Position numbers and translations under genes: made by a program. Shown in pieces: positions 51,545-62,700 of a stretch of DNA of 64,000 bases. Below the pieces are notes generated by a model. That model searched no databases. It was not told where the DNA came from and saw only the letters and a program-made list of their open reading frames with translations. This stretch comes from Thermodesulfobacteriota bacterium (GTDB lineage Bacteria > Desulfobacterota > Binatia > Bin18), in the NCBI GenBank assembly GCA_964291405.2, contig OZ219926.1, positions 256,001 through 320,000 of the forward strand. Reading direction: 5' to 3'. Each line of letters opens with the position of its first letter. Within the stretch, counting starts at the first letter, position 1.

Positions 51545-53095
51545 ATGGGTCTCAAGGAAACCATCAACAGACTTGAAAACCTCAACCAACAAGCACTCCA
51601 GGGTGGTGGTGCAAAGCGTATTGAACGCCAACACGAGCTCGGCAAAAAAACAGCTCGGGAACGGATCGACGCCTTCCTTGATCCGGGTAGTTTTGTCGAA
51701 TTGGACCGGCTGAAAACCCATCGCTGCACCGACTTTGACATGGATCAAACCAAGATCCCAGGCGATGGTGTTGTCACCGGCTATGGGACGGTCGACGGCC
51801 GTCAGGTTTTTGTTTTCTCACAGGACTTTACCGTTTTTGGCGGCAGTCTCTCCAGTGCGTTTTCCGAAAAAGTGTGTAAGGTCATGGACTTGGCCATGAA
51901 AACGGGCTGTCCGGTGGTGGGCATTAATGACTCGGGCGGCGCTCGGATTCAGGAGGGAGTAGAAAGCCTGGCGGGCTATGGAGAAATTTTTCTTCGTAAC
52001 GTCCTGAGCTCCGGCGTCGTGCCCCAAATATCCGCCATCATGGGTCCATGTGCCGGCGGAGCGGTCTATTCTCCAGCCATCACCGACTTTATCTTCATGG
52101 TTGAGAATTCCAGCTATATGTTTATTACCGGGCCGGATGTCATTAAGACGGTCACGCATGAAGAGGTGACCATGCAGGAGTTGGGTGGAGCAGCAACGCA
52201 TAATGCGACCAGCGGGGTCGCTCATTTTGCTTCTCCTGATGAAGATGAGTGCTTTCACTCGATTCGCGAGCTGCTAAGCTATCTCCCCAGCAATAATATG
52301 GAAGACCCGCCGTTTCAGCCAACCACAGATGACCCGAATCGGCGAGATGAAGCGCTCGACCAGATCGTTCCGGATAATCCCAACCGACCCTACGACGTCA
52401 CCGAAATCATTCGGTCGGTGGCGGACGAGCAGCATTTCTTCGAAGTCCAGAAAGACTATGCGCGCAATATTGTCGTTGGGTTTGCCCGGCTTGGCGGTAA
52501 ACCGGTTGGCGTAGTCGCCAATCAGCCCGCCTTCCTGGCCGGCGTGCTCGATATTGACGCCTCGGTCAAAGGGAGTCGGTTCGTCCGTTTTTGCGATTGT
52601 TTTAATATCCCCATTATCAGCTTTATCGATGTGCCGGGTTTTCTCCCAGGCACCTCCCAGGAATACGGCGGGATTATTCGTCACGGCGCGAAACTGCTCT
52701 ACGCCTACTGCGAAGCCACCGTGCCAAAGATTTCGGTCATTACACGTAAAGCGTACGGTGGTGCCTATGTTGTCATGTCGAGTAAGGCCATCCGCGGGGA
52801 TATTAATCTCGCCTATCCGACTGGCGAGATCGCGGTCATGGGTCCAGACGGTGCGGTGAACATTATTTTCCGTAACGCCATCAAAGACGCAAAAGATCAA
52901 GACACCGAGCGGACCAAATTAGTTGAGGAATATCGCGAGACATTTGCCAATCCATTCAAAGCCGCAGAATTAGGCTATATCGATGAGATCATCATGCCCG
53001 CGGATACGCGTCCCCGCCTCATCCAGGCACTCACGATGCTACAGAACAAGCGTGAGAAAAATCCGCCCAAGAAGCATGGCAATATTCCCTTATAA
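51545..53095 (+). CDS. pccB: Acyl-CoA (propionyl-CoA type) carboxylase, carboxyltransferase subunit
   Basis: [58 protein letters not shown] 51545. Confidence 0.92.
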   Translation: MGLKETINRLENLNQQALQGGGAKRIERQHELGKKTARERIDAFLDPGSFVELDRLKTHRCTDFDMDQTKIPGDGVVTGYGTVDGRQVFVFSQDFTVFGGSLSSAFSEKVCKVMDLAMKTGCPVVGINDSGGARIQEGVESLAGYGEIFLRNVLSSGVVPQISAIMGPCAGGAVYSPAITDFIFMVENSSYMFITGPDVIKTVTHEEVTMQELGGAATHNATSGVAHFASPDEDECFHSIRELLSYLPSNNMEDPPFQPTTDDPNRRDEALDQIVPDNPNRPYDVTEIIRSVADEQHFFEVQKDYARNIVVGFARLGGKPVGVVANQPAFLAGVLDIDASVKGSRFVRFCDCFNIPIISFIDVPGFLPGTSQEYGGIIRHGAKLLYAYCEATVPKISVITRKAYGGAYVVMSSKAIRGDINLAYPTGEIAVMGPDGAVNIIFRNAIKDAKDQDTERTKLVEEYRETFANPFKAAELGYIDEIIMPADTRPRLIQALTMLQNKREKNPPKKHGNIPL

Positions 53096-53157
53096 GGGGG
53101 ATAGATGACGGGCGGGTAAGCAAACACCCAGCTCCTAATCTCGCCAAGGTAGGACCT

Positions 53158-54663
53158 ATGTTCAAACGTGTACTGATCGCAAACCGGGGAGAAATCGCCG
53201 TTCGAGTCATTCGCGCCTGCCGTGAACTCGGCATCGAGACCGTTGCCGTGTATTCAGACGCGGACCGCTCTGCCCTGCACGTCCAATACGCCGACCAAGC
53301 CTATCCGATTGGTCCGGCTCCGTCCTCAGAGAGCTATCTGGTGATTGAAAAAATTCTCGACGTGGCCAAGCGAAGCGGCGCGGATGCTGTTCATCCAGGT
53401 TATGGCTTTCTGTCTGAACGCGCGCCGTTTTCCAGAGCGTGTAGTGAGGCGGGTATTACCTTTATTGGACCGCACCCTGAGGCGATTGAAAAGATGGGCG
53501 ATAAGGTGACTGCGCGGGCCATTATGGAAGCGGCAAACGTCCCGGTGGTACCAGGCACCGACGTGTTAGGCGATGAGGACGATGTCGTTGCCGCCGCGGA
53601 AAAAGTTGGCTTTCCCGTCATGTTCAAAGCCTCAGCCGGTGGCGGCGGCAAAGGCATGCGGCTGGTCGAAAAAAAAGAGGATGTACTGTCCGCCCTGCGC
53701 GGGGTGCGCTCTGAGGCGCGGTCGTCGTTTGGCGATGACCGGATGTATATGGAGAAATTTGTTGAAAAGCCACGCCACGTTGAAGTCCAGGTATTGGGCG
53801 ATACGCACGGCAACATTATTCACTTGTACGAACGCGAATGTTCCCTGCAACGTCGGCACCAGAAAGTCATCGAAGAGTCACCCTCGACGGCAATCAATCA
53901 AGACGTCCGCGAGCAAATGGGCAAAGTTGCGGTTGAGGCGGCCAAGGCGGTGAACTATGTCGGGGCTGGAACTGTGGAGTTTTTGGTGGATGCCCGGCAG
54001 AACTTCTACTTCTTGGAGATGAATACCCGCATCCAGGTTGAGCATCCGATTACCGAACTTGTCACCGGAGTGGACTTGGTCAAGGCCCAGATCGAGATTG
54101 CGACCGGAGAGCCCCTGACCATACAGCAAGACGCGGTCCAGCAGCGCGGCTGGGCGATCGAATGTCGGATTTATGCCGAGGACCCGGCGCGAGACTTCTT
54201 TCCGTCCCCTGGGAAAATACAAATTTTACGCACTCCTGGCGGCTACGGCATCCGCGATGACAGCGGCGTGTATGAAGGCTGGGAGGTCCCGATCCATTAC
54301 GATCCCATGATCTCCAAGCTGTGTACCTATGGTCGCACCCGAGACGAAGCCATCCAACGTATGCTACGGGCGCTCCAGGAATACACCGTTGAAGGGATTA
54401 TCACCAATATTCCTTTTCACCGCTGGGCGCTGACCCATCCACGCTTTGTGTCAGGCGACTTGGACACTGGCTTTATTCCTCAGGAGTATGGAGGATTACC
54501 GGAAGAAGAAGACCACCTGCGGCATGAAATCATTCTGGCGGCGGCCGCCCTGGCGGCTTATCATAAGGAAAAAGACCTCGCCAAATCGGTCTCCAGCCCG
54601 CAGGGAAGCCCTGGCAACGTCTCGGCCTGGCGCGCCACAGGCTGGCGCGAAGGCGTCCGTTAG
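53158..54663 (+). CDS. accC: Biotin carboxylase subunit
   Basis: ANRGEIAVR, HPGYGFLSE, GGGGKGMR, ERECSLQRRHQK, EMNTRIQVEHP. Confidence 0.94.
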   Translation: MFKRVLIANRGEIAVRVIRACRELGIETVAVYSDADRSALHVQYADQAYPIGPAPSSESYLVIEKILDVAKRSGADAVHPGYGFLSERAPFSRACSEAGITFIGPHPEAIEKMGDKVTARAIMEAANVPVVPGTDVLGDEDDVVAAAEKVGFPVMFKASAGGGGKGMRLVEKKEDVLSALRGVRSEARSSFGDDRMYMEKFVEKPRHVEVQVLGDTHGNIIHLYERECSLQRRHQKVIEESPSTAINQDVREQMGKVAVEAAKAVNYVGAGTVEFLVDARQNFYFLEMNTRIQVEHPITELVTGVDLVKAQIEIATGEPLTIQQDAVQQRGWAIECRIYAEDPARDFFPSPGKIQILRTPGGYGIRDDSGVYEGWEVPIHYDPMISKLCTYGRTRDEAIQRMLRALQEYTVEGIITNIPFHRWALTHPRFVSGDLDTGFIPQEYGGLPEEEDHLRHEIILAAAALAAYHKEKDLAKSVSSPQGSPGNVSAWRATGWREGVR

Positions 54664-54701
54664 CGAACGAAAGGCACCGCCCAAGCAAGGACTGCATCTC
54701 T

Positions 54702-55205
54702 ATGGCCTATAAAGCACTGCTCGGCGACCAGACCTATACCATCAGCGTCCACGAGTTGGACGAACACCAGTACAAAATCGTCATCGACGATGAAGAGCAT
54801 ATCATCGACGGCAGACGCTTGACCGGCCATATGTACTCGCTCATTGTTGAGCACAAGTCGTTTACCGTCGATGTGGCGGAAAAAGACGATGCGTATACCG
54901 TCGCCTATGAAGGCAAAAGTTTTCAGGTTGGGGTGCTCGATGAACGTAAGGCCCGCCGGGGCGGAGCCGGGGCGAGCCTTGGTGGAGCGGACGAGAAAGA
55001 TGTGTGTTCGATGATGCCGGGGAAAGTGGTCGAACTCCTGGTTCAGGCAGGCGATACCGTAGAAAAAGATCAGGGCGTCATCATCATCGAAGCAATGAAA
55101 ATGGAAAATGAAATCCGCGCTCCCGTTGCCGGAACGGTTAAAGCCGTTCACGTTGAGGCGGGTCAGGCGGTTGAGTCCGGAGAACTGCTCGTCGAACTTG
55201 AATAA
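54702..55205 (+). CDS. Biotin carboxyl carrier protein
   Basis: MPGKV and EAMKM biotinylation motif; N-terminal beta-rich linker domain. Confidence 0.93.
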   Translation: MAYKALLGDQTYTISVHELDEHQYKIVIDDEEHIIDGRRLTGHMYSLIVEHKSFTVDVAEKDDAYTVAYEGKSFQVGVLDERKARRGGAGASLGGADEKDVCSMMPGKVVELLVQAGDTVEKDQGVIIIEAMKMENEIRAPVAGTVKAVHVEAGQAVESGELLVELE

Positions 55206-55253
55206 GTATCTCCTCGCAAGGTGGCTGCTTGCAGAGCCACACGATTCGCCGTT

Positions 55254-56921
55254 ATGAGCGAAGCCCTTTCTCCCGCAGACACGCAGAAGCTTGCCCCATT
55301 CTTTACCAATCTGACTGAACCCATCTTTGGCCTAAAGCTTCCCCAAGAGGTCGCCGGCGCCCTCTTCTCTCGCTATAGCCGGTCGTCAAAAAGCTTGCGT
55401 CAAATTTTTCTGGATGAATTTCTTGGCCAGGCGGACCTACAGGACAGTCTGTTTGGCGATGGAGCCGCTCCAAGCGACGATAGCCAAGCAATCCGAAAAG
55501 CACGGGCATTCTATGACCGAGTCCTCGTCGGCTATGGTGACGATTCGGTAGCTCAACTTGGTGGCGCGCACATCGCGTGTGAAGAGATTTCAAACGTTGC
55601 CGCCAAAATTCTTGAAGATGCCCGGATCGGCATCGCCCCGCTAGAGAAGTCGACCCGCTATGTCCGATTTGACAGCCACGGTCCTGACGGTGACTATCTC
55701 TTCTATAAGGAACCGACCATCATGGGCTCGTCGCATCGGGAGGCGTATCTCAGCTGTCTGCGCCACTTGTTCGAGACCTATGCCGCCCAAATCGAGCCCA
55801 TGATCGCCTTTGTGCGAGACAGTCTGCCCATCGACACTGTTGAGTGGAAACATCCGCAAACGGGCGATCCCCTCACCTATACAGAGGCACAGCGGGACGA
55901 AACTCTCAGAAGATGGGCCGAGGGAGCGTATCGCTCGACCGTCAGAGCACACGCCTGCGACATCCTGCGATCGTATCTCCCGGCAGCTACGCTAACAAAC
56001 GTTGGTATCTTCGGTGTCGGCCAGGCGTTTGAACACCTGCTCAACAAGCTGTATTCGCTTGACCTAGCCGAGGCTCAGGACCTTGCCAAGCCTATGCACA
56101 AAGCCCTAGAGGCGCTCATTCCGTCTTTTGTCAAACGCGCCCAGCCTAACGAATATTTGGTGCAAACAGCGGTGGATACCCGAGCATTGTCGCAGACACT
56201 CCTGGACGGACAGACCGTTCAATCGACTGGGCCGGTCAGTCTCGTCGATTACGACCGGAACGCTGAGGATCGCATCCTGACGGCCATTCTCTACTCGAAT
56301 GCGCGCCTGCCGCTCGGTCAGGTGCGCTCCCTGGTGAAAAAACTTCCGGCTGAACAACGGGGACAGGTCTTCGACACCTACATCGGACAACGCCGGCATC
56401 GCCGTGACAAACCCGGTCGGGCACTTGAGCATGCATACTATACCTTCGATATCATTGGTAATTTGGGTATTTACCGTGATCTCCAACGGCATAGAATCCT
56501 CACCCAGGAGCGCCAGGATTTCACCACCGTGCATGGATATGACACGCCGCCTGAGATTGAGCAAGCCGGATTTCAGTCATCGTTTACGGAGTGCATGGAA
56601 CGGGCGGCCGCAGTGTACGAGCGAATCTTCGCGGATTTTCCAGCCGAGGCTCAATACGTCGTGCCGTTTGCCTATCGGGTCCGGTGGTATATGAAGCTCA
56701 ACCTGCGCGAGGCCATTCATATGGGGGAACTCCGCACCCTGCCGCAAGGCCACCCCGACTATCGCATTATTGTCCAGGAGATGTGGCGGCTCATCGGCAA
56801 GGTCCACCCGGCCCTCGCCCGGAGTGCCACCTTCCTCGATTGGCAGACTTACCGCCTAGGTCGTCTCCAGTCTGAAATGCGGACCGAGTATAAAAAGTCT
56901 CGGCTTACTCCGGCCACTTGA
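55254..56921 (+). CDS. thyX: FAD-dependent thymidylate synthase, tandem two-domain form
   Basis: GALFSRYSRS, YGDDSVAQL, EKSTRYV, RDLQRHR, ELRT..QGHPDYR. Confidence 0.88.
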   Translation: MSEALSPADTQKLAPFFTNLTEPIFGLKLPQEVAGALFSRYSRSSKSLRQIFLDEFLGQADLQDSLFGDGAAPSDDSQAIRKARAFYDRVLVGYGDDSVAQLGGAHIACEEISNVAAKILEDARIGIAPLEKSTRYVRFDSHGPDGDYLFYKEPTIMGSSHREAYLSCLRHLFETYAAQIEPMIAFVRDSLPIDTVEWKHPQTGDPLTYTEAQRDETLRRWAEGAYRSTVRAHACDILRSYLPAATLTNVGIFGVGQAFEHLLNKLYSLDLAEAQDLAKPMHKALEALIPSFVKRAQPNEYLVQTAVDTRALSQTLLDGQTVQSTGPVSLVDYDRNAEDRILTAILYSNARLPLGQVRSLVKKLPAEQRGQVFDTYIGQRRHRRDKPGRALEHAYYTFDIIGNLGIYRDLQRHRILTQERQDFTTVHGYDTPPEIEQAGFQSSFTECMERAAAVYERIFADFPAEAQYVVPFAYRVRWYMKLNLREAIHMGELRTLPQGHPDYRIIVQEMWRLIGKVHPALARSATFLDWQTYRLGRLQSEMRTEYKKSRLTPAT

Positions 56922-57579
56922 CCTGATGCTCTTGGGCCATGAAGTTGGTAATGAACGCTTGATCCAGGAATTTCGCTCCATCTGGCCATGAACCTTCGGT
57001 AAATTCTTTTGAATTGACCAGCGTATCCCACGCCGCCAGATCTTCGACCCAGAGTTGGGCCACGCCGTCCCATTTCGGCTCGGCATAGTTATAGGCCGCG
57101 TCGATGGTATGGCACTGCACATAGCGCTGGAGCCCCGGTAGCTCACACACGATCGGACCGTGGACCTCAATCCAGTATTTTCGAAAGTCTTCAAGGTTCA
57201 TGCCCGGCTTTCGTTTGAGTTGAAAAATGCCCTTCACCTGCCGTGGGGTTTGCGGGCCGTCCTTGATGACGCGGTCTTGTGTCACCAACCATTCCACGCG
57301 GTTCATATCGATGAAATTGGGTTCATCGACGAGCGCACCGTTCACATATTCGGCACTCGTGCGCAAAGCATCCATTGCGGCTTGGTCCTCAATCCAGGCT
57401 TCCGCCGCCCCATCATAGGGAGAGTTCGTTCCCTCCACCGGAATACGGTGACTCTGCTCATACCGCCACGTCTGAGCAATGCGCGCGGCAATCGGTCCGT
57501 GGGTGTCCTTCCAATAGCGATGAAACTCCTCATCACTCAAAGATGGCTTTCTGGTAATGAAATAGAGCAGGTGCAGCAT
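56905..57579 (-). CDS. Tandem EthD-domain protein
   Basis: Two repeats of RKP.....EF..YW...HGPI....P...RY.Q.H...YDG.A..W. Confidence 0.88.
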   Translation of the reverse strand: MLHLLYFITRKPSLSDEEFHRYWKDTHGPIAARIAQTWRYEQSHRIPVEGTNSPYDGAAEAWIEDQAAMDALRTSAEYVNGALVDEPNFIDMNRVEWLVTQDRVIKDGPQTPRQVKGIFQLKRKPGMNLEDFRKYWIEVHGPIVCELPGLQRYVQCHTIDAAYNYAEPKWDGVAQLWVEDLAAWDTLVNSKEFTEGSWPDGAKFLDQAFITNFMAQEHQVKWPE

Positions 57580-57663
57580 GTCTTGTCCTCCTTTATATCT
57601 ATGCCTACTCGCTGTCTTGTATACTTTTGGAGCAGCCTGGACAAACGCTTCGTAGGGCGGGTG

Positions 57664-58245
57664 TCACCTCGACTCCGTCGTGGACAGCTTCTCTTCCTGT
57701 TCATTAAACCACCTGAAGGCGCGCGATAAATACTGAAATCCCGAGACAGTGACGGTGGCTCCGGCAAGAATTTCACTTGTGTCCCGGAGGAGTGGGATTT
57801 GCCAGGCAGCATTATGCAGGGCGACCAGAGCCATGATGACCGTCAACAACTGAAAAAAAGTACTGGCCTTTCCAATAAGCGTCGGTCGAACTTCGATAGC
57901 GTGACCCGTAACAAAAAACAGCACACTATAGCCGATCAGAATAATCACATCCCGCATGATGACCAGGACCGCAAGCCAGCGAGGAATATCACCTAAAAAG
58001 GCGAGAATGACAAAGGAGCTCACCAGGAGCAATTTATCGGCCAGGGGATCAATGAAAGCGCCTAATGTCGTGCGCGCGTCCAGCCAGCGAGCAAGTAAGC
58101 CATCCAGAGAGTCGGTAATGCCCGCCAGAATGAAGACGATCAGCGCTTCGGTGTACCGTTCGTCCACCAGCAGGATCAAAAAGACCGGAATCGCCCCTAT
58201 GCGTAATAGGGTAATGAAATTTGGAAGATTGAGTACAGAGAACAC
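57664..58245 (-). CDS. pgsA: CDP-alcohol phosphatidyltransferase (PgsA/cardiolipin synthase-like)
   Basis: NLPNFITLLR, DSLDGLLAR...GAFIDPLADK signature. Confidence 0.82.
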   Translation of the reverse strand: MFSVLNLPNFITLLRIGAIPVFLILLVDERYTEALIVFILAGITDSLDGLLARWLDARTTLGAFIDPLADKLLLVSSFVILAFLGDIPRWLAVLVIMRDVIILIGYSVLFFVTGHAIEVRPTLIGKASTFFQLLTVIMALVALHNAAWQIPLLRDTSEILAGATVTVSGFQYLSRAFRWFNEQEEKLSTTESR

Positions 58246-58274
58246 CGGGAATCAGGAATCCTCTTCTTTAATAT

Positions 58275-59672
58275 CTAGGCCTTAGCGCTCAGGTCAGCCT
58301 GGGCCAGACGTTTCTTGAGTTGGCCTGCTACTTTTGCCGAGACCCGCGTCGCCACCTGCACGCCGGTCTCCGTATACGTTTCTTCTATCACTGTTCCGCT
58401 GCGCCGCAACCAGGCCATCAACTCCCCACTGCCAAGCGGCACCTCAACCTCGATCACCTCTTGATCAAGGGTACACAGCCGAGCGATTTCCTCTACCAGT
58501 GGGTCGATGCCTATCCCCTGCTTTGCAGAGATGCGAAACTCCCTATCTTGGTCATACTCTCGTCCGTTCGTGACACGCGCCGGGGGAGAACTCCACCAGT
58601 CGTCCGTATCGAATTCGTCATCGTAGTGGACTTTCACATCTGCCGGCTGCGTCAGCCTGTCAATCTTATTGAACACGGTAATGGTCGGTTTATTCCGTAC
58701 TCCCATGTCTTCGAGCACACGTTCAGCAATACTTTGATGCTCGGACCAACGCGGATGGGTCGCATCAATCACGTGCAGCAGTACGTCCGCTGTCCGTATC
58801 TCTTCCAGCGTCCCTCTGAACGCGTCCACGAGTTGGTGCGGAAGTTTATTGATCAGTCCGACCGTGTCAGTGATGAGTGCAGATTGACCGTTGGGTAGAT
58901 CAAGCCGGCGGCTCGTTGGGTCCAGCGTAGCAAACAGCTTGTCTTCGACAAAGACCTCGGCCTGGGTCAACCGATTCATCAATGTCGATTTTCCCGCATT
59001 GGTATAGCCAACTAGCGCAACGCAGGGGAAGGGAACCCGAGCCCGTTCCTGCCGGTGCAGGGAGCGGGTACGTTCGACCTCGTGCAGCTTGCGGCGCAAG
59101 GTAGCAATGCGCTCGCGAATACGGCGCCGGTCCACCTCAAGCTGCGATTCACCAGGGCCACGTGTCCCTACCCCGCCACCCAGGCGCGACAGATGGGTCC
59201 ATTGGCGCGTGAGTCGGGGACGCAGGTATTCAAGCTGGGCCAACTCAACTTGTAATTTACCCGCTTGGCTGTGGGCACGTTGAGCAAAGATGTCAAGGAT
59301 TAGTTGGCTTCGGTCGATGACCTTACAGCCTAACGCGCGTTCCAGATTGCGCTGCTGAGCCGGAGACAAGCTCTCGTCAAAGATAACAACTCCGGCCTGG
59401 AGTTCCTCCTGGAGTCGTTTCACTTCCTCAATCTTGCCGGCCCCAATAAACGAGGCGGGATGGACCCCTGTGCGCAAATATTGAATAGTCTGGCCTGAGA
59501 CCGTCAGACCGGCGGTTTCGCTCAGGCGGGCAAGTTCTTCGATCGATTCTTGCGCTGAGAAGAGCCCGGCTCCTGTCTCTCCATTTAGTCCCCCAGAGTC
59601 TGCGCCAACAAGAAAAGCGCGCTCCGGCGGTGGAGTACATTCAGATGCGTGTCGACGGCGACGGCCAGCCAC
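58275..59672 (-). CDS. hflX: Ribosome-splitting GTPase HflX
   Basis: [49 protein letters not shown]. Confidence 0.96.
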   Translation of the reverse strand: MAGRRRRHASECTPPPERAFLVGADSGGLNGETGAGLFSAQESIEELARLSETAGLTVSGQTIQYLRTGVHPASFIGAGKIEEVKRLQEELQAGVVIFDESLSPAQQRNLERALGCKVIDRSQLILDIFAQRAHSQAGKLQVELAQLEYLRPRLTRQWTHLSRLGGGVGTRGPGESQLEVDRRRIRERIATLRRKLHEVERTRSLHRQERARVPFPCVALVGYTNAGKSTLMNRLTQAEVFVEDKLFATLDPTSRRLDLPNGQSALITDTVGLINKLPHQLVDAFRGTLEEIRTADVLLHVIDATHPRWSEHQSIAERVLEDMGVRNKPTITVFNKIDRLTQPADVKVHYDDEFDTDDWWSSPPARVTNGREYDQDREFRISAKQGIGIDPLVEEIARLCTLDQEVIEVEVPLGSGELMAWLRRSGTVIEETYTETGVQVATRVSAKVAGQLKKRLAQADLSAKA

Positions 59673-59706
59673 AGGAGATTATCTCCCCTTCTTTCCTGTG
59701 CGCACG

Positions 59707-62700
59707 CTACTGAAACGAGGCGACGCCGCGGTCAAATAACTGTTCGATATCCGTCCGCATCTCTGCGGTCGGCGCAACCTTGAGTTGTTCCGGCAATGAG
59801 ATGATCGTTTCGGAATGGTCCGCATGGAGCACGTGCAAAAACGTCCGACACTGGCCCTGGTGTTTTGTCAGGACCGTCTTGAGCTCAACGATATCTTCCT
59901 TGGTCGTACTGTCGGCCGACACTTGGATATGGACCTGCTTGACCTCGGCTTTCGCTACAGAGTCGAGCGGTACAATCTCATTGGCAATAATTTGACACCG
60001 CTCCTCATCGACATCGAGTGAACCGCTCACCAGTACCGGCTGTTCGGAATGGACTTCGGCTTCATGACGCCGATAGGCTTCCGGCCACACAATGACTTCA
60101 ACGCCCCCGGCCTTATCCTCCAGGGTATAAGTCGCGTAGCGGTCTCCTTTTTTGTTGTTCTTGAGTTTCAGCGACTGAACCACGCCGGCGAGACGGACTT
60201 TCTCTTGATGATTGCGTCCTTTGAGGTCCGCCGTGGTCAGAGAGGTCACGCCGTGCAGGCGCCCAACATATTTATCCAGCGGGTGGCCAGTAATAAAAAA
60301 GCCGAGCGTCTCACGCTCCTTATTCAGCTTCTCGATATCTGACCATTCTTCAGTCTGGGGCAATTCAGGCTGGGCCGGGTCCGCTCCACCATTTACAAAT
60401 AAGCCCATCTGATTGGCATTGCTGTGACCACTCGCCTTTTGGGCAGCCCAGCGCATAACGTCTTCAATACCGGCCAGGAGCTGGGCACGGGGCGTCTGAA
60501 ACGAGTCAAACGCCCCACATTTAATTAAACTTTCCATTACTCGTTTATTCGCTTGCGCACTCTGCACCCGAGTACAAAAGTCATGGACATCCGTAAAGGG
60601 TCCGTCCTGGCGGGCTTCCTGAATCACCTCAATCGCCTTCGACCCGATACCCTTCACCGCGCCAAGTCCAAAGCGAATGGTCTGGCCACGAACGGTAAAA
60701 TCCTCACCGCTTTCATTCACATCGGGTGGAAGCACCGGGATATTATGCACTCGGCATTCTGCCATGTTTTTATACGTTTTATTGGTATCGCCCATTTCCA
60801 GGCTAGTGAGTGCCGCCATGAATTCCTGCGGGAAGTGGGCTTTCAAATACGCGGTTTGATAGGAAATCAGGGCATAGGAGGCTGCATGAGACTTATTGAA
60901 TCCATACGCGGCAAACGTCTCCATGGCGTCAAAAATTTCTCCAGCGAGTTTATCCTTAATCTTATTCTCCGATGCGCCCTTCAAGAATTTCGTCCGCTCC
61001 TCCTGCATGACTTCCTTTTTCTTTTTTCCCATGGCGCGGCGCAGATTATCCGCATCACTCAAGGAGTACCCGGCCAGGGTCTGCGCGATCTGCATGACCT
61101 GCTCTTGGTAAATCGTCACTCCGTAGGTTTCTTTGAGAACGGGTTCAAGTAAAGGGTGAGGATAGGACACCGCCTCTTTGCCATGTTTGCGCTTAATAAA
61201 CTGTTCGGCTGCACCGCTGTCGAGCGGTCCGGGGCGAAACAGCGCAATCACGGCAAAGATGTCTTCAAAGCAACTCGGCTTGAGCTGAATGATCAGCTTG
61301 CGAATGCCACTACCCTCCATCTGGAAAACGCCGACCGTGTCTCCTCGGGTCAGCGAGCGATAGGTCTGCCGGTCGTCAATCGGAATCGTATGCAGATCAA
61401 TGGCAATGCCTCGGCTCTGTTTAATCCGCCACACGACATCGTGAATCAGCGTCAATGTTTTTAAGCCAAGAAAATCGAACTTGATCAGCCCAATGGTATC
61501 GACATCTGGGCCGGCATATTGGGTCAGGACATTCTTCTCCTTGTCAACATAGAGCGGCAGGTGCTCAACCAGAGGGGTGGGTGCAATCACAATCCCAGCC
61601 GCGTGTTTCGAGGCATGGCGCAATAAGCCTTCGAGTTTCAGGGAGTGGGCAAAGAGCTTCTGCTCACGCTCCCCATGTTCGCGCACCTCACGCAGCCGCG
61701 GCTCCATATCGAGCGCGGTTTCCAGCGGGTGATCTTTGCCCTGTTTTGGTGCGGGATAGAGTTTTGCAATACGGTCGGTTTCACCGTACGAGAACTCCAA
61801 GGCACGGCCTACGTCTTTAATCGCTTGTTTGCCTTTGAGGGTTCCGAACGTAATGATCTGGGCGACCTTGTCCTCGCCATATTTGTCCTTGATATAACGA
61901 ATGACCTCGTCCCGCCGCTCGTAGCAGAAGTCCACATCGATATCGGGCATACTCTTCCGGCCCGGATTCAGAAACCGTTCAAAAAGCAACTGATAGCGGA
62001 TGGGGTCAATGTCCGTAATCTTGAGCGCATAGGCGACTAGGCTGCCCGCCGCCGACCCACGGCCCGGACCAACCGGAATCCCCTGTGACCGGGCATAGCC
62101 AATGAAGTCAGCCACAATCAGGAAGTAGCCAGGAAAGCCCATTTCCCCAATGACTTTGAGTTCATAGTCCAGGCGGTCTCGATATACCTGTTCTTTGGCG
62201 CTCTCCCAACCTTCCGCGGTGCGCAGGGGTTCGAGGCGTTCTTCCAGGCCTTCGCGAGCCGTCTGTTCCAAACAGTCTTCCAGCGTCCCACCGGACTGCA
62301 CATCATAGTTCGGGAAATAGAAGTTGCCAAAGGACAAGTCGAGGTTACACCGGTCTGCGACTTCGACGGTATTGGCAATCGCGTCGGGACAATGGGAAAA
62401 CTCTGCGGCCATTTCCTCCGGGGTTTTGACGTAGAGTTGGTCGGTCCCGAACCGCCAGCGATTCTCGTCGGACATGACCTTGGCACTCTGGACGCACAGC
62501 AGGACTTCGTGGGCTTCAGCATCCTCGGCTTTCAGGTAATGACAATCATTGGTAGCAATCAGGGGGAGCGAGAGCTGACGGGCCAGTTCGATCAGGGCCG
62601 GGTTGACCTTTTCCTGTTCCGGTAGATGATTGGCCTGAATCTCGACATAAAAGCGATTATTAAAAATCGACGCGTATTCTTCGGCTGCGGCCCGGGCGCG

